A stretch of DNA of 32,000 bases, from assembly GCF_009928525.1 (NCBI RefSeq), contig NZ_JAABOK010000011.1:228400-260399 (forward strand), read 5' to 3'. Position 1 is the stretch's first letter, and each line of letters opens with the position of its first letter. A program made the position numbers and the translations under genes. Positions 16,216 through 30,792 of this stretch are shown here, one piece after another. This DNA is from Chitinophaga solisilvae (GTDB lineage: Bacteria; Bacteroidota; Bacteroidia; Chitinophagales; Chitinophagaceae). The notes under the pieces were generated by a model. That model was not told the origin of the DNA. It searched no databases and worked only from the letters and a program-made list of their open reading frames with translations.

Positions 16216-17511
16216 ATGAAAAACACTGATACGTGGCGGATAAAAGCCATATTAACCGGGTCGGCGGGCAATCTGGTAGAATGGTATGACTGGTATGTCT
16301 ACTCTACTTTTGCTTTATATTTTGCGCCTGTCTTTTTTCCATCAGATAATTATACAGCACAGCTGCTCAATACGGCGGCTATCTTTGCGGTAGGCTTCCT
16401 CATGCGCCCTGTGGGCGGGTGGCTGTTTGGCGCCATTGCTGACAAGAAAGGGCGCAAAACAGCCATGACACTGTCTGTATTGCTGATGTCCCTCGGTTCC
16501 ATGCTGATTGCTTTTACCCCTTCGCATGCAAGCATTGGGGTGATGGCGCCTGTATTGCTGCTCCTGGCGCGGTTATTACAGGGCCTCAGCGTAGGCGGCG
16601 AATACGGCACTTCCGCGACATACCTCAGCGAAGTGGCAACCGCCAACCGCCGCGGGTTCTACTCCAGCTTCCAGTATGTAACACTCATAGGCGGCCAACT
16701 CACCGCACTCGGTGTTCAGATGATCCTGCAATCCCTGCTTACACGGGAGCAGCTCTACAGCTGGGGCTGGCGTATTCCTTTTGTAATAGGCGCCTTGCTG
16801 GCCCTGTTCACCCTCTACCTGCGCTCCCATATGCAGGAATCTACCTCGTTTGACAAATCCAAAGCGACAGATAAAAAAGGTTCCGTAAAAGAGCTGTTCA
16901 AAAAATATCCGCGGGCGGTGCTTACCGTCGTAGGACTCACCATGGGCGGCACGCTGGCCTTCTATACCTATACTACCTACATGCAGAAATTTCTGGTGAA
17001 TACAGTGAAACTAAGCATTGAACGGACAACCACACTCGTTTTCTTCCTGATGCTGATATACGCCTGCATGCAACCTCTGTTCGGGCTGCTGTCAGATAAA
17101 TATGGCCGAAAGCCTTTACTCATAGGCTTCGGCGTGCTCGGCACCCTCTTTACGGTGCCTATCTTAACCGGCATCAGTCAGACTACCTCAGAAAGCACGG
17201 CCTTCCTGCTGATACTGGTGGCGCTCATCATCGTAAGCGGGTATACCTCCATCAATGCGGTCGTAAAAGCTGAAATGTTCCCCGCTGAAGTGCGGGCGCT
17301 GGGCGTAGGCTTCCCGTATGCGCTCACGGTAGCGCTGTTTGGCGGTACCGCGGAATCCATCGCATTATATTTTAAGAAAACAGGACATGAATCCTGGTAC
17401 TACTGGTATGTGACAGTTTGTATTTTCATATCGCTGCTGGTATATATTACCTCCAAAGATACCAGGCGGAACTCCTATCTGGACAAGGATCTAACAGAAC
17501 CGTCCGCATAA
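16216..17511 (+). CDS. MFS metabolite:H+ symporter (KgtP/ProP/ShiA-like)
   Basis: 431-aa ORF with ~12 predicted TM segments. It carries the MHS-family N-terminus GNLVEWYDWYVYSTFALYFAPVFF and the MFS loop motif GAIADKKGRK. Substrate cannot be assigned from sequence. Confidence 0.88.
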   Translation: MKNTDTWRIKAILTGSAGNLVEWYDWYVYSTFALYFAPVFFPSDNYTAQLLNTAAIFAVGFLMRPVGGWLFGAIADKKGRKTAMTLSVLLMSLGSMLIAFTPSHASIGVMAPVLLLLARLLQGLSVGGEYGTSATYLSEVATANRRGFYSSFQYVTLIGGQLTALGVQMILQSLLTREQLYSWGWRIPFVIGALLALFTLYLRSHMQESTSFDKSKATDKKGSVKELFKKYPRAVLTVVGLTMGGTLAFYTYTTYMQKFLVNTVKLSIERTTTLVFFLMLIYACMQPLFGLLSDKYGRKPLLIGFGVLGTLFTVPILTGISQTTSESTAFLLILVALIIVSGYTSINAVVKAEMFPAEVRALGVGFPYALTVALFGGTAESIALYFKKTGHESWYYWYVTVCIFISLLVYITSKDTRRNSYLDKDLTEPSA

Positions 17512-18152
17512 CCGATGAGCAGACGGCTGGCGTAGCGGAGAAACAAGCCGTTCTCCACTACGCCGGGGATGTCATTGAGCTGCCGGTGCAGCTCAGGGGC
17601 GGCTGTAATCCGGCCGTAATGACAATCCAGGATATAATTACCGTTATCTGTAATAAATATTTTACCTTCTTTTCTACGGAGCACCGGTGATGCGCCTGAC
17701 TGCTCCAGGTGCCGGAAGGTGAACTCCCAGGCGAATGGAATGATTTCCACCGGCAGGGGAAAATTTCCCAGCTGTTTCACCAGTTTGGAAGCATCCATAA
17801 TCACCAGCATTTCCTTCGCGGCAGCGGCCACAATCTTCTCGCGCAACAAAGCGCCTCCGCCGCCTTTAATCAGTTGCAGCGATTCGTCTGCCTCATCAGC
17901 TCCGTCAATATCCAGGTCTATGCTGTCTACCTGTTCAAAAGGGATGATGGGGATCTGCTGCGCGCGTGCCAGTTCCTCAGAAGCGGCCGAAGTAGCGACA
18001 GCCTGCAGCTGCATCCCGTTCCTAACGAGCTCGCCTATACGCATAATCGCGTAATAGGCGGTACTGCCTGTTCCCAGCCCGATGGTCATACCGGGCTGAA
18101 TATATGCTGCCGCGGCTTCTCCTGCGGCTTTCTTTGCCAGATCCTGTTGCAT
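17475..18152 (-). CDS. rpiA: Ribose-5-phosphate isomerase A
   Basis: 225-aa ORF with GLGTGSTAYYAI, IDGADEAD and KGGGGALLREK motifs matching RpiA. Its 3' end overlaps the convergent MFS gene by 37 nt. Confidence 0.9.
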   Translation of the reverse strand: MQQDLAKKAAGEAAAAYIQPGMTIGLGTGSTAYYAIMRIGELVRNGMQLQAVATSAASEELARAQQIPIIPFEQVDSIDLDIDGADEADESLQLIKGGGGALLREKIVAAAAKEMLVIMDASKLVKQLGNFPLPVEIIPFAWEFTFRHLEQSGASPVLRRKEGKIFITDNGNYILDCHYGRITAAPELHRQLNDIPGVVENGLFLRYASRLLIGYADGSVRSLSR

Positions 18153-18169
18153 GCAACAAATATAAGGAA

Positions 18170-20473
18170 TCAGAATGAGGCAAGTACTTCGTCGAGATGC
18201 GCGAGCAATGCGTCTGTATTCGCCTTGTTAAACACCATGGGCGGTTTTATTTTCAGCACGTTATGCAGCGGTCCGTCGGTACTCAGCAGGAAACCTCTTT
18301 CCTTCATTGCCTCTACAATCTGGTCTATTTCCGGAACAGCCGGCTCCAGCGTTTCGCGGCTGCGCACCAGCTCTGCGCCGATGAAGAAACCGTGTCCGCG
18401 CACATCGCCGATGATGGCATGCCGTGCCTTTAGTTTTTCCAGGCCTTCCATGAAATAATTACCGGTAACGCGGGCGTGTTCCTGTAAGCCTTCTTCTTTG
18501 ATGACCTGCAGCACTGCCAGCCCGGTAGCCATAGATACGGGGTTACCGCCGAAGGTGTTGAAATATTCCATCCCGTTATTAAATGCGTCTGCAATGGCTT
18601 TGGTGGTTACTACGGCGGCCAGCGGGTGACCGTTGCCGATCGGTTTTCCCAGCACCACGATGTCCGGAGTTACCTCCTGTAATTCAAAGCCCCAGAAAGC
18701 GTCTCCTACCCTGCCGAAGCCAACCTGCACCTCGTCTGCGATACAAACGCCGCCGGCGGCGCGCACAGCGGCATACACGCTTTTCAGGTAACCGGGTGGT
18801 AATGGAATCTGGCCGCCTACGCCCAGCAACGTTTCACAGATATATGCCGCCACGCCTTTACCGTCCTGCTGCAGGCCGGTGATGATGCGTTGCACATCTT
18901 CCGCATATTTTTCTCCTGCCTGCGGATCATCACTACGGTATGGTCCGCGGAACATATCAGGATTCAGGGCTTTATGGGTATGCTCCGGTTTGCCGAATCC
19001 GCCTTTACCATCGAACTTATACGGACTCAGCTCCATCGCCACCGTAGAAGTGCCGTGGTAAGCATGATCCAGTACAACAACATCTTTCTGTTTCGTGAAA
19101 TGGCGGCTCATACGGATAGCCAGGTCATTGGCCTCGCTGCCGGAATTGGTAAAATAGCAGACTTCCAGACTGGAAGGCAACGTAGATAACAGGAGCTCCG
19201 CATAATCCACCAGGTTATCGTGCAGATAGCGGGTATTGGTATTCAGCTTCGCAATCTGGCGCTGCATCGCTTTTACCACGGTAGGATGGCAATGCCCTAC
19301 GTGACTGGGGTTATTCACACAATCAATATAGGTGCGGCCCTTATCATCATAGAGGTACTGCAGTGCGCCGCGTACTATTTTCAACGGCTTTTTATAGCTG
19401 ATACTGAGATTGCGGCCGATATGTGCCCGGCGGTTGTCTAACAGCGGTGCATAGGCGTCATCTTCCTGAATAACAGACGGAAACCCGCAAGCCAGGCGGA
19501 ATGCCTGTTGCGCAGCCACCGGGTTGATGGTAATCAGTTTGAACAGCAGCTGCCAGGCGCCGTTTTCTGTGATAAAGTGGAATTCATTATCACTGCCTTC
19601 CGCAGCTTTACCGGCAGAAGTAGTAACGCTGATGCATAAACGTGCAGCGATGAGGTAATAGAGCAGATCTGTTTCCTCCGGCGTGAGCGCATATGCCTGG
19701 TGGTAACCGCCCACCACTTCTACGGCGGCCTGCAACGGATCGGCTGCCTGCAGCATAACATAGGTACAGGCAATAGCCAGGTTATTCACCAGTGTGGTAT
19801 GTACCATATCGCCGAAATCAATCAGCCCGCTGATGGCATTATTTTCTACAAGAACATTATAATCGTTTGCATCATTGTGGATATATGCCTTACGCAGGGA
19901 AGAGAGCTGCGGTAAAACCTCCATTTCAAACTGCAACAGGAAATAGGCTGCCAGTCTGCGTTTCTCATGGTCTTTAATGCAGGGCAGCTGTGCACGTGCA
20001 TCCAGCGCCTGCGCAATATCCCACTTGATGTAACGGTGCATGGCCGGATGAGAAAACATTTCCAGGGCCTGATCCATTTTACCGAGGAAATTACCCAGGG
20101 AGACATTCAGTTCCCGTGTACCCTTTACCGTTACCATGGGCTTTCCTTCCAGCCAGGTATACAGGCGCATGTAATGTATTTCTTCGGGGAATATCAGCGG
20201 TGTAACTGCTTCCCCCTTCTTATTCTTCAGCACCTGCTGGAAATGCCCGGCGATATTGCTGCGGGACAGCTTATCCAGTATTTTTGCCTGCGCATCAAGG
20301 AAAGACGGGCTATGTGTATCATCTGCTACCTTACAGATATATTTCTTTCCGTTTTCATCTTCCAGGAAGAAGTTCGCCTCCTCATACCCTTCGAGTTCCT
20401 TGCCTGTCACATTGAGTCCGTAATATTCCTGCACCAGTTTAATGATGCCTGTTGTAGAAAAAGTATAGTACAT
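18170..20473 (-). CDS. Bifunctional fusion: N-terminal APH-fold kinase (hydroxylysine-kinase/HYKK-like) + C-terminal class-III PLP enzyme of the AGXT2L phospho-lyase type
   Basis: 767-aa ORF. Residues ~1-330 carry the APH-type catalytic loop [13 protein letters not shown] and GLIDFGD. Residues ~340-767 carry [83 protein letters not shown] (PLP Lys), [13 protein letters not shown] and NVLKIKPPM. From memory these closely parallel animal ETNPPL/PHYKPL. No signal peptide. Confidence 0.85.
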   Translation of the reverse strand: MYYTFSTTGIIKLVQEYYGLNVTGKELEGYEEANFFLEDENGKKYICKVADDTHSPSFLDAQAKILDKLSRSNIAGHFQQVLKNKKGEAVTPLIFPEEIHYMRLYTWLEGKPMVTVKGTRELNVSLGNFLGKMDQALEMFSHPAMHRYIKWDIAQALDARAQLPCIKDHEKRRLAAYFLLQFEMEVLPQLSSLRKAYIHNDANDYNVLVENNAISGLIDFGDMVHTTLVNNLAIACTYVMLQAADPLQAAVEVVGGYHQAYALTPEETDLLYYLIAARLCISVTTSAGKAAEGSDNEFHFITENGAWQLLFKLITINPVAAQQAFRLACGFPSVIQEDDAYAPLLDNRRAHIGRNLSISYKKPLKIVRGALQYLYDDKGRTYIDCVNNPSHVGHCHPTVVKAMQRQIAKLNTNTRYLHDNLVDYAELLLSTLPSSLEVCYFTNSGSEANDLAIRMSRHFTKQKDVVVLDHAYHGTSTVAMELSPYKFDGKGGFGKPEHTHKALNPDMFRGPYRSDDPQAGEKYAEDVQRIITGLQQDGKGVAAYICETLLGVGGQIPLPPGYLKSVYAAVRAAGGVCIADEVQVGFGRVGDAFWGFELQEVTPDIVVLGKPIGNGHPLAAVVTTKAIADAFNNGMEYFNTFGGNPVSMATGLAVLQVIKEEGLQEHARVTGNYFMEGLEKLKARHAIIGDVRGHGFFIGAELVRSRETLEPAVPEIDQIVEAMKERGFLLSTDGPLHNVLKIKPPMVFNKANTDALLAHLDEVLASF

Positions 20474-20483
20474 AATCCCGTTA

Positions 20484-25536
<5,053 letters not shown>

Positions 25537-25540
25537 TTAA

Positions 25541-25797
25541 GAATTGCGAATTACGAATTACGAATTGCGAATGATAGCGAAGATGGAAATCTGATAATTA
25601 AGAATTATGAATGATGAGTTAACGGGAAAATAGCAGCGAAGCTAAAAGCTGGCATAGGCATAAAGAACAAGTGTTAATAATGCTTCCATCTCCGCTCTTA
25701 TCTTCCCGTTAACTCATCATTCATAATTCATAATTCTTAATTATCAAATTCCCATCTTCGCTATCATTCGCAATTCGTAATTCGCAATTCGTAATTA
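25541..25797. repeat. Long nested hairpin repeat element 3 (~90-nt arms, imperfect centre)
   Basis: 25541-25628 pairs with 25703-25797, with a few mismatches and one 7-nt unit indel. The outer module is GAATTGC/GAATTAC heptamers + GAATGATAGCGAAGATGG. The inner module is AATTAAGAATTATGAATGATGAGTTAACGGGAA, homologous to element 1. The element fills the susD-GH2 spacer, including the susD stop codon, and ends 8-13 nt from the GH2 ATG. Confidence 0.88.
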
Positions 25798-27324
25798 TTT
25801 AGCAAGCGGGTTGTTTAATGTTTCTTTCAGCGGCAGCGGGAAATAGTTATTCGCTGTTGTCCAGGTACGGCCTGCAGCCTGCATGTTTGTTGCCAAAAGG
25901 CCCCAGCGGCGAAGGTCGTAGAAACGGCTGCTTTCCAGCGTGAACTCCATGACACGTTCGTGCACGATCTGGTTAAATACGTCTGCGGAGGCAGTCAGGT
26001 TCAGTGCAGGCATTGCGGAGCGTGCGCGCACATCGTTGACCTGTTCCATGGCTTTATCCTGGGCGCCGAGGTGGTTCTGTGTTTCCGCATACAACAGCTT
26101 CACGTCCGCAAAGCGGATGATAGGCATATTGATGGCGGTTGCGTTGCCCAGCAGGGCGCTGCTGGCAGGAATCCATTTGCGGAAGGCAATGGCGCCGTCG
26201 TTGTTTTTGAACACGTCGTCGTAGATCTCATCATATACGCGCGGGTTTGCGGGATCGTTGAAGTAGGCATCCTTGAAGAAAACAGTACTGTAGATACGGT
26301 GATCGTACAGGCCATCGGAGGCTGTTTTGCCTTCTTTCTTCATTTCTGCCAGCAGGCGTGGCGTACCATAGATTTCGCCGTAGCCGCCCAGTTCAAAGGC
26401 TGCGATCCAGTCGCTCAGCTGTGATTTGAAGTAGTTCCCATTGGATTCATCCATGGTCATCTGCAGTTCGAAAACAGATTCTTTGGAATTCTTCAGTGTA
26501 CCGTTGAACATGCCCATGAAATTGGATTCGAGGGAGTATTCATTGGAGTCCATCACTTTCTTCAGCCAGGTAGCAGCTTCTGTGTAGTATTTGGTTTTGT
26601 TGGCGGCATCTTCACCACCGCGGTAGATCAGCGCCTTGCCCAGGTAAGCCTGTGCAGCGCCTTTGGTGGCCCTTCCCAATTCCTTGTTAGGTCTGCCACT
26701 GCGGAGTGGCAGGTCAGCTTCCGCCAGCTTCAGGTCATTGATAATCAGATCCCATACTTCACTGCGGGAGGCAGGAGCTTTAGGCATATCAGATTCGCCT
26801 TCAGGCACTTTGTCACGGATGATTACCTTTTCGAAGTTGGTCAGCAGTTTAAAGTAGTAATAGGCTTCCAGGAAGCGGGCTTCCGCCAGGATAGCCTTGC
26901 GGCTGGCCTCGTCGATCTGGTTGTCGGTCATCGCCGCTACGTTGGCCAGCACCTGGTTGGTGAAGTTGATACCGCGGTAATTATCTTTCCAGAAATAATC
27001 GATGGCCACATTGTCTGACTGATAGGTGAAGTTGTATATCTCCATCCACCAGCTGTAGTTGTAGGCGTCTGTACCTGGTTCCACGAAATCTTCGCGGAAG
27101 TACTCGCGGCAGGAACGGCCTTCGATGAAGTTTTCCCAGCCTACGAAGCTCTCGACCTGTGAATAGGCGGCAGCCAGGCCGCTGAGTGCGCGCTCCCGGC
27201 TGTTCCAGAAGTTATCGGTAGTCAGCTTATCAGGAGAGTTCTGGTTCAGCAACTCCTTTTTGCAGCCGGTGCTGCAAAAAAGTCCTGCTGATACCAGCAT
27301 TGTATATAACAAAGATTTTTTCAT
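25795..27324 (-). CDS. SusD/RagB-family nutrient-binding outer-membrane lipoprotein
   Basis: 509-aa ORF with lipoprotein signal MKKSLLYTMLVSAGLFCSTGC and TPR-like SusD composition (LAEARFLEAYYYFKL; C-terminal RFYDLRRWG). It lies 11 nt downstream of a SusC-like gene. Confidence 0.92.
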   Translation of the reverse strand: MKKSLLYTMLVSAGLFCSTGCKKELLNQNSPDKLTTDNFWNSRERALSGLAAAYSQVESFVGWENFIEGRSCREYFREDFVEPGTDAYNYSWWMEIYNFTYQSDNVAIDYFWKDNYRGINFTNQVLANVAAMTDNQIDEASRKAILAEARFLEAYYYFKLLTNFEKVIIRDKVPEGESDMPKAPASRSEVWDLIINDLKLAEADLPLRSGRPNKELGRATKGAAQAYLGKALIYRGGEDAANKTKYYTEAATWLKKVMDSNEYSLESNFMGMFNGTLKNSKESVFELQMTMDESNGNYFKSQLSDWIAAFELGGYGEIYGTPRLLAEMKKEGKTASDGLYDHRIYSTVFFKDAYFNDPANPRVYDEIYDDVFKNNDGAIAFRKWIPASSALLGNATAINMPIIRFADVKLLYAETQNHLGAQDKAMEQVNDVRARSAMPALNLTASADVFNQIVHERVMEFTLESSRFYDLRRWGLLATNMQAAGRTWTTANNYFPLPLKETLNNPLAK

Positions 27325-27335
27325 AACGAATAATT

Positions 27336-30300
27336 TTAGAATTCCAGTTGCATACCAACCATAAACACTTTGTTCTGCGGATATTTCCAGCGATCGATAC
27401 CATTGCTCAGGCTACCGTATTTCCGGGTAGTGGGGTCGCTGTTCAGTGCGTCCGCATTACCGATTTCAGGATCCAGCCCTGAATATTTGGTGAAGGTGAG
27501 CAGGTTCTGTCCACTTACGTAGAGGCGTAACCGTGATATTTTAGCCATTTCCAGCAGTTTCGGAGAGAAGGCATAACCCAGCTGCAGCATCTTCAGGCGC
27601 AGGTAGCTGCCATTTTCCAGGAAGCGGGTAGATTCGCGGTTGTTTCTGTTCGGATCACCTAACACAGCACGTGGTATGCTGGTATTGGTATTCTGTGGCG
27701 TCCAGGCATTCAGGGTGCTCACGTCGAAGTTACGGCCGGCATCCATACCCTGGAGTTCATACATATTACCATTATAGATTTTGTTACCGGTAACACCCTG
27801 CCAGAACATCTGCAGGTCGAAGCCCTTGTACGCCAGGTTGATGTTCAGGCCGTATTCCAGTTTAGGGAAATAGCTGCCTTTATAGGTTTTGTCGTTATCA
27901 TCGATCACACCGTCGCCGTTGGTATCTTCAAAGCGGATATCACCGGCTTTTGCGGCAGGCTGTAATCTTTCGCCTTTGGCATTTTTATAGTTGGCCGCTT
28001 CTTCGTCAGACTGGAAAAGGCCCTGTGTCTGATACAGGTAGAAAGCGCCCATTTCCGTGCCTTCGCGGCTGCTGGTAGGGAATACGGAAGTACCGTATTT
28101 CAGACCAAGGCCATTCAGGTACTGTCCCTTGTTGGCCAGTTCCAGCACTTTGTTTTTCACCTGGCTAACGGTACCGGTTACACTATAGGAGAAGTCAGAT
28201 TTTTTATCAGCCCAGGTCAGGTCCAGTTCCCATCCGCGGTTGCCGATGCGGCCGGCGTTCAGGGTAGGCTCTACCAGACCGGCGCTTGGAGCCAGCTCCT
28301 TGGTGATCAGCAGGTCAACCGTCACGTTGTTGAAATAGTTGAAGGAACCCGTCAGTTTATTCAGCACACCAAAATCAAAACCAATGTTGCGGGATACGTT
28401 TGTTTCCCAGCGCAGATCTTTGTTTTTCAGATCCCAGGCGATACCGCCGGGCCATGCCGTGCTGCCATCACCCTGCACATATCCGCCGCCCATGTAGTTC
28501 AGTACGGAGATCAGCTGCTGGTGATCGTAATATCCGAGTACATCTTCATTACCCAGGCGGCCATAGCTGGCGCGTAATTTCAGCTGATTGAGCCAGGTCA
28601 GGGACTGCATGAAGTTTTCACTCTGCATGTTCCAGCCCACCGACACAGACGGGAATACTCCATAGCGGCGGTTTTCACCGAATTTGGAAGAACCGTCGCG
28701 GCGAACGGACAGCTGCAGGAGGTATTTACCATCGTATGCATAGTTAATACGACCCAGTGTAGACAGGCGGTAGTACTGCGGACGGGAGCCGGTTGCCTTG
28801 AAGGAACCGCCGGCAGCGCCATCCATAGTATTGAAGGAAGGATCCAGGAAACCGCCGGGAATCACATTGCTTTCAATAGCGCCATCGCCGTTTACGGTGT
28901 ATACGGTTGTTTTACCATCCGCCACGGTGGTAATGCTGTTTGTCTGATATTGCTGTGCAGTGTAACCCGCCAGCAGGTTCAGGCTGTGCTTACCGAAGGT
29001 GCGGTCATAGTATAACAGGTTTTCCATCAGGCGTTCGCGGTAGTTGGAACGGCCGTCTTCCAGCCGTGCAAAAGGCGTTTCCGGATCGTTTGCATTGGCG
29101 CGGTACGGCGGATGGAAAGCGTAGTTGATATAGTTGGTGTTCACCAGGTTGAGGTTCGTCACGAACTTCATACCCTGGATCAGCTGTAATGACAGGCGGG
29201 CGTTACCATTAAAATACTGGCTCTTGCTGTAGTTGTCGTTATAGAAGTTAACGCCTACAGGATTTTCAAACTTCGGCAGTTCGTTGATCTGCATCCCGTA
29301 GCCATATTTGGATTTTGCATCGTAAACAGACAGCAGCGGGGACTGGAAGTAGGCATCCTTGATGCTGTAAGCTACATCCTTGCGTTCAGTTTCGGCATAT
29401 ACCAGGTTAGCCTCAATGGTGAGGCGGCCTTTCTTATACTCGTTACGGGAACGGAGTGCTTTCTTCTTGAAGTCGCTGCCGATGAAAGTACCTTTATCAT
29501 TGGCGATGCTACCACTCAGGCCATAGTTGAAATAATCGCCGCCGCCGGTAACATTGAGACTGTAGTTTTCAGAACTACCGGAACGGGTGATTTCGTCCTG
29601 CCAGTTGGTGTTGGCAGTAACGCCTGTTTTCAGGTAAGCCGGACGTTTGGCCCTGGGTGCATTATCATACATCATGGTGTGTACTTTCAGGTAGCCTTCC
29701 GCATCCAGCAGTTTCATTTTACCGGTAGGGTTTACCATGCTGTACCAGGCGTTGAATTCCATTTTAGGCGCGCCTTTTTTACCTTTCTTGGTAGTTACGA
29801 GGATAACGCCGTTGGCACTCTTAGAACCGTAAATAGACGCCGCGGCGCCGTCTTTCAGTACTTCAATGGAAGCAATGTCATTATTATTCAGGTAATAGGG
29901 ATCTCCGGGGCTACCATCTATGATAAACAGCGGAGCGTGGGAACCATAGGTGCTTACGCCACGGAGCCTGATATCAGGCATGGCGCCGGGGGTACCACCG
30001 GTATTGTTGACGGTTAAACCCGCCACGCGGCCCTGTAATGCGCCTACAGGGTTGTTGCTGGCTACATTGGCGATCTCGCTGCCTTTAACAGAGGAGATAG
30101 CGCTGGACACCGTTCTTTTGCTCTGGGTGCCGTAGCCTACTACCACCACCTGGTCCAGTACCTTGGTGGAGGTATTGAGGGTAATATCCAGCACCTGCTG
30201 GCCGGTATATGCCACTTCCTGTTTATCGTAGCCGATAAAAGATACTTCCAGCACTGCGCCTGCGGGCAGGTCAGTGAAGCGGAAAGCACCCTTTACGTCA

Positions 30301-30758
30301 GTGAGCATGCCGCGTGAAGTTCCTTTCACGCGCACGCTTACACCAGGCAAAGCCTCTCCTGAAGCAGATTTCACCGTACCTGCCACCGGCTTTTCCTGTG
30401 CCGGTGCAGCTGTGGTTACCATTGCCACATTTCTGGCAGCAGGCACTTTCACCAGGATGATGTCTTCTGTCATCCTGAATTCAAGTGAAGTAACATGACT
30501 GATTTCCTGTAATAAATTCTCTACTGTTCTCTCTTTTTTATCGATCGTAACAGGTTTTAATTTTTCCAGATCGTCAAGATTGTACGAGAATTTCAGACGG
30601 GTATTTTTTTCGAGGTACTGCAGCACACCGAGTACTTTCGTTTGTCTGAAACCAACGTCGATCTTATCTTTCAGACCTTCTGCTATCTGTACCCAGCTTA
30701 GCAAAAGGAAGGACATGAGCATGCCAAAGCATGCCCTCAAAAGGGATGTTTTCGTCAT
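27336..30758 (-). CDS. SusC/RagA-family TonB-dependent transporter with N-terminal STN signalling extension (transducer type)
   Basis: 1140-aa ORF. An STN-like segment (VLGVLQYLEKNTRLKFSY...ENLLQEI) is followed by a carboxypeptidase-regulatory-like domain (VAGTVKSASGEALPGVSVRVKGT) and a SusC plug signature (VVVVGYGTQSKRTVSSAISSV). The barrel ends in F. Confidence 0.92.
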   Translation of the reverse strand: MTKTSLLRACFGMLMSFLLLSWVQIAEGLKDKIDVGFRQTKVLGVLQYLEKNTRLKFSYNLDDLEKLKPVTIDKKERTVENLLQEISHVTSLEFRMTEDIILVKVPAARNVAMVTTAAPAQEKPVAGTVKSASGEALPGVSVRVKGTSRGMLTDVKGAFRFTDLPAGAVLEVSFIGYDKQEVAYTGQQVLDITLNTSTKVLDQVVVVGYGTQSKRTVSSAISSVKGSEIANVASNNPVGALQGRVAGLTVNNTGGTPGAMPDIRLRGVSTYGSHAPLFIIDGSPGDPYYLNNNDIASIEVLKDGAAASIYGSKSANGVILVTTKKGKKGAPKMEFNAWYSMVNPTGKMKLLDAEGYLKVHTMMYDNAPRAKRPAYLKTGVTANTNWQDEITRSGSSENYSLNVTGGGDYFNYGLSGSIANDKGTFIGSDFKKKALRSRNEYKKGRLTIEANLVYAETERKDVAYSIKDAYFQSPLLSVYDAKSKYGYGMQINELPKFENPVGVNFYNDNYSKSQYFNGNARLSLQLIQGMKFVTNLNLVNTNYINYAFHPPYRANANDPETPFARLEDGRSNYRERLMENLLYYDRTFGKHSLNLLAGYTAQQYQTNSITTVADGKTTVYTVNGDGAIESNVIPGGFLDPSFNTMDGAAGGSFKATGSRPQYYRLSTLGRINYAYDGKYLLQLSVRRDGSSKFGENRRYGVFPSVSVGWNMQSENFMQSLTWLNQLKLRASYGRLGNEDVLGYYDHQQLISVLNYMGGGYVQGDGSTAWPGGIAWDLKNKDLRWETNVSRNIGFDFGVLNKLTGSFNYFNNVTVDLLITKELAPSAGLVEPTLNAGRIGNRGWELDLTWADKKSDFSYSVTGTVSQVKNKVLELANKGQYLNGLGLKYGTSVFPTSSREGTEMGAFYLYQTQGLFQSDEEAANYKNAKGERLQPAAKAGDIRFEDTNGDGVIDDNDKTYKGSYFPKLEYGLNINLAYKGFDLQMFWQGVTGNKIYNGNMYELQGMDAGRNFDVSTLNAWTPQNTNTSIPRAVLGDPNRNNRESTRFLENGSYLRLKMLQLGYAFSPKLLEMAKISRLRLYVSGQNLLTFTKYSGLDPEIGNADALNSDPTTRKYGSLSNGIDRWKYPQNKVFMVGMQLEF

Positions 30759-30792
30759 AACGCATTTTGGTTGTTTAGATGGTAGCGTGGTC

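Noticed and set aside
17475-18152. Treating rpiA as a functional member of the proposed hydroxylysine-glycoside locus.
   Set aside because: It is co-oriented and only 17 nt downstream of the fusion gene, but ribose-5-phosphate isomerase has no evident role in that pathway. It is a housekeeping gene, so the linkage may be incidental.
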